64,000 nt of DNA from an uncultured Candidatus Saccharibacteria bacterium. Lineage in GTDB: Bacteria > Patescibacteriota > Minisyncoccia > Minisyncoccales > Staskawiczbacteraceae. The stretch covers positions 211,987 through 275,986 of the forward strand of contig CAYZAV010000001.1 of assembly GCA_964475855.1 (NCBI GenBank), in the 5' to 3' direction. Each line of letters starts with the position of its first letter. Positions within the stretch are counted from its first letter, which is position 1. A model generated the notes under the pieces. The model saw only the letters and a program-made list of their open reading frames with translations. It was not told the origin of the DNA and searched no databases. This document shows positions 61,182 to 64,000 of this stretch, in pieces. The position numbers and the translations under genes are program-made.

Positions 61182-62906
61182 ATGAAACTGATCCAGGAAT
61201 TATACGCCAATGGGGCTATCAATGACCAAAAAAAAGCTGAACTGGAAGCTGAGCTTAATAAATTTCCCGCTAAAACCGAGGAAGAAATTTTGCTGCAAAA
61301 TAGTATTATCGGTGAAGACGCTCTATTTGAACTGAAAAGCAAGGTTAGTAAAATTCCCTTAAAAAAAGTGGATGCCAAAGAGGTGCCGATGGAAGTGGTT
61401 GAGTTGATTTCCGAAGAGGCGGCGGTGAATTATCAAATGATTCCGTTTTTTAAGAGGGGGAATTTGGTTGGTATTGGTATGGTATATCCGGAAGACGTGC
61501 TTGCCCAAAATGCACTGCGATTTATGAGTCGCAAAGAAAATTTCAAGTACGAAATTTACCAGATCACTTTCACCGATTTACAAAATATTTTAAAACAGCA
61601 TAAAACTTTAAAACGCGAAACAAAAAAAGCGCTTGTGGAGCTCGGCAAGGAAAAAACGGAAATATTGGATGAGTTGGCAAGACCGGCCGCTTCGCAGATT
61701 GTGACCGACGAGGCTCCTATTATCAAAATGGTGTTGGTTATTTTGCGCCATGCCATTGAAGGTAGTGCCTCTGATATCCATATTGAACCGGGCCGTGAAC
61801 GCTTAAACATTCGTTTCCGGCAGGATGGCGTTTTGCACTTAAGTTTGTTTCTGCCACTTTCGGTGCACTTGTCCATTGTGGCGCGCATTAAAATTTTGGC
61901 CAATTTGAAAATTGATGAAAACCGTACTCCCCAGGACGGCCGGTTTTCCACCAAAATAGGTGGTAAGGATATTGATTTTCGTGTTGCCACATTCCCGACA
62001 CTATACGGGGAGAAAGTGGAACTACGCGTGCTGGACCCCAAAGAGGGCATGAAATCGTTTGACAAGATGGGTCTGTCAAAACGGAACGTGGAGCTGATTA
62101 CGGCCGCCGCTAAAAAACCGTATGGTATGGTGCTTTCTAGCGGTCCGACCGGTTCGGGAAAAACTACCACGCTATACGCCCTGCTTCGTATTTTAAACCA
62201 GGAAAATGTGAACATTGTGACGTTGGAAGATCCGATTGAATATTCTATAGAAGGAGTAAACCAATCCCAGGTAAGGCCGGAAATAGGCTATACGTTTTCT
62301 GAGGGGTTGCGCCAGATTTTGCGTCAAGACCCTAATATTATCATGGTGGGGGAAATCCGTGACGAAGAAACGGCAAATTTAGCCATTCATTCCGCGTTAA
62401 CCGGCCACGTAGTGCTTTCTACACTACACACCAATTCGGCTGTGGGTGTTATTCCCCGGTTGATTGATATGGGTATTAAGCCATTTTTAATTCCTTCTAC
62501 GTTACGTATCGCCATTAGCCAGCGGCTCATTAGAATGCTCTGTGAACGCTGCAAGAAAAAAGTGCGGGTCAGTGACAAATTGAAAAGTTATATTTTGGAA
62601 ACGTTAAAAACCTTGCCCTCACATATGCGCGAAGAAATAGTCATTCCGAACCCCTTGTATGTGTACGGCGCCAACGGTTGCGAAGCATGTAGCTTTAAGG
62701 GATACAAAGGACGGGCCGGATTATACGAAGTGCTAAGTATGACTGACGAACTGGCCGAAATTATTTTAAAAGTTCCTTCGGAGGCGGTTATTTTGAAAGC
62801 CGCCCAAAAAGAGGGTATGTTGACCATGGCACAAGAAGGCATCATTAAAGTGCTGGCCGGCGAAACCAGCGTTGATGAAATTGCCAGGGTAACGGAGGAA
62901 AAATAA
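61182..62906 (+). CDS. pilB: Type IV pilus assembly ATPase PilB (GspE family)
   Basis: SGPTGSGKTTTLY (Walker A), Asp/His boxes, tetracysteine CERCK...CEAC. Confidence 0.92.
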   Translation: MKLIQELYANGAINDQKKAELEAELNKFPAKTEEEILLQNSIIGEDALFELKSKVSKIPLKKVDAKEVPMEVVELISEEAAVNYQMIPFFKRGNLVGIGMVYPEDVLAQNALRFMSRKENFKYEIYQITFTDLQNILKQHKTLKRETKKALVELGKEKTEILDELARPAASQIVTDEAPIIKMVLVILRHAIEGSASDIHIEPGRERLNIRFRQDGVLHLSLFLPLSVHLSIVARIKILANLKIDENRTPQDGRFSTKIGGKDIDFRVATFPTLYGEKVELRVLDPKEGMKSFDKMGLSKRNVELITAAAKKPYGMVLSSGPTGSGKTTTLYALLRILNQENVNIVTLEDPIEYSIEGVNQSQVRPEIGYTFSEGLRQILRQDPNIIMVGEIRDEETANLAIHSALTGHVVLSTLHTNSAVGVIPRLIDMGIKPFLIPSTLRIAISQRLIRMLCERCKKKVRVSDKLKSYILETLKTLPSHMREEIVIPNPLYVYGANGCEACSFKGYKGRAGLYEVLSMTDELAEIILKVPSEAVILKAAQKEGMLTMAQEGIIKVLAGETSVDEIARVTEEK

Positions 62907-62920
62907 CGCGATATTAATAT

Positions 62921-63286
62921 ATGAAAAAGATTTTATTGGTGGAAGACGATTCGTTTATTGTGGACATTTATGGCAATCAACTGCGCCAAGAGGGTTTTAA
63001 AGTTGATATTGCCAAAAACGGGGAAATGGCGTTGGAAAAAATCAATACCAATCGCCCGGATTTGGTGTTGCTGGACATCGGCTTGCCAAAAATGGACGGC
63101 TGGCAGGTATTAAAACAGTTGCGCAACAACCCGCAAACCCAAGACTTAAAAGTCATTATTATTTCTAATAACGACGAAAAAGATTCCACTGATAATATCG
63201 TGCAACTTAAAGTCGTCAAGTATTTTTTGAAAATAGAAAGCACGGCCGAGGAAATTGTGGGATTTGTAAAAGAAACCTTACAGTAA
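62921..63286 (+). CDS. Stand-alone response-regulator receiver domain (CheY-like)
   Basis: ILLVEDD...DLVLLDIGLPKMDGW...KVIIISN. Confidence 0.85.
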   Translation: MKKILLVEDDSFIVDIYGNQLRQEGFKVDIAKNGEMALEKINTNRPDLVLLDIGLPKMDGWQVLKQLRNNPQTQDLKVIIISNNDEKDSTDNIVQLKVVKYFLKIESTAEEIVGFVKETLQ

Positions 63287-63291
63287 ATAAC

Positions 63292-64000
63292 ATGGATTAT
63301 TTGGAAAATATTAATACTATTTTGGACCTGGCCATGTCCGAAGGCGCTTCAGACGTGCTTATTTCAGTGGGGCATCCGCCGGTCATCCGTATCACAGGGC
63401 AGCTGGTACCACTCTTAAAGGAGAAAATAATAACTGCCGATCAATCCAAAGGCATTGCGCTTGGATTGATGGAAGAAGAAAAAAAGAAGAAATTTTTAGC
63501 TGAAAAAGAAATTGATTTTGCTTATGATTTTGAGGGTAAGGCGCGGTTTAGAGTAAATGCTTTTTTCCAGAGAGACTGCGTCAGTTTGGCGCTGCGGCTC
63601 ATTCCCAATAAAATAAAAACGGTGGAAGAACTTTCACTACCCGCTGTATTGCATGAATTTGCCAACAAATCTCAGGGGTTGATACTCGTAACCGGGGCTT
63701 CGGGCCAGGGAAAGTCTACCACCTTGGCGGCGCTGATTGATGAAATAAATCATACCCGTGCTGTGCACGTAATTACTATAGAAGATCCGATTGAATACCT
63801 GTATCAAAGTGACCGCGCCATTATTGAACAACGGGAAGTATCCGCTGATACGGTTTCATTTGGCAGCGCGTTAAAGGCCATGTTCCGGCAAAATCCTGAT
63901 GTGGTTATGGTAGGTGAAATGCGGGACTTGGAAACTATTTCCACCACCATTACCGCCGCTGAAACGGGACACCTGGTGTTTGCCACGTTGCATACTAATT
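63292..64000 (+). CDS. pilT: Type IV pilus retraction ATPase PilT (5' part; runs off the window)
   Basis: Open from ATG 63292 to the window end. GASDVLISVGHPPVIRITG, TGASGQGKSTT, ITIEDPIEY, RQNPDVVMVGEMRD, TGHLVFATLHTN. Confidence 0.88.
   Translation, partial: MDYLENINTILDLAMSEGASDVLISVGHPPVIRITGQLVPLLKEKIITADQSKGIALGLMEEEKKKKFLAEKEIDFAYDFEGKARFRVNAFFQRDCVSLALRLIPNKIKTVEELSLPAVLHEFANKSQGLILVTGASGQGKSTTLAALIDEINHTRAVHVITIEDPIEYLYQSDRAIIEQREVSADTVSFGSALKAMFRQNPDVVMVGEMRDLETISTTITAAETGHLVFATLHTN

Noticed and set aside
61556-62215. 219-aa minus-strand ORF inside pilB
   Set aside because: It is antisense to the PilB Walker and Asp-box region and is a shadow ORF.

Overview
This is a 64-kb window at roughly 40 % GC from a bacterium with a reduced genome. 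Its style suggests Candidate Phyla Radiation/Patescibacteria, but that is inference from gene content only. I can support about 68 protein genes and 15 tRNAs. No rRNA or CRISPR is present.

The core genes are recQ, nrdA/nrdB, recG, tsaD, valS, gyrA, rpsA, ftsH, rplS, rbfA, infB, tag, xth and comF. There is also a type IV pilus block (pilM/N/O-like, pilB, a receiver domain, pilT running off the 3' end) and a five-gene glycosylation block.

The accessory or unusual content is listed below.
1. A 4-kb island without an integrase is bounded by a 13-nt duplication of the tRNA-Ser(CGA) 3' end. It carries a tightly packed Abi-alpha-like / EcoRI-methylase-family MTase / DUF262-HNH / membrane-protein module.
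2. A compositionally foreign three-gene island (35.1-38.7 kb, about 57-63 % GC by hand counts) is built from three monocistronic cassettes. Its products are a MYG1-like phosphoesterase with a Cys cluster, a degenerate NYN-like protein and a 521-aa orphan. This is my best candidate for an undescribed system.
3. Seven tandem TrbC/VirB2-like small membrane protein paralogs occupy 28.0-30.9 kb.
4. A complete GxxExxY (PD-(D/E)XK-like) module is inserted in frame between helicase motifs II and III of recG.
5. A dispersed short-repeat family is inserted in frame into nrdA, recG, infB, tsaD, valS and rluD.
6. A mini GIY-YIG gene is bracketed by a duplicated 5' part of tRNA-Cys.
7. A 264-bp MITE-like element has 28-nt terminal inverted repeats.
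8. A conserved double-hairpin element abuts three tRNA genes.
9. A 2-kb four-gene insertion is flanked by a diverged relic of the xth 3' end.
10. A Doc toxin gene is paired with a 334-aa upstream partner.
11. Five perfect TTATCCACA (DnaA-box) 9-mers occur, including two that flank nrdAB.
12. The tRNAs include Ile(UAU), Arg(GCG) and two with non-canonical D/T loops.

All functional calls rest on motifs read by eye. No database search was run.
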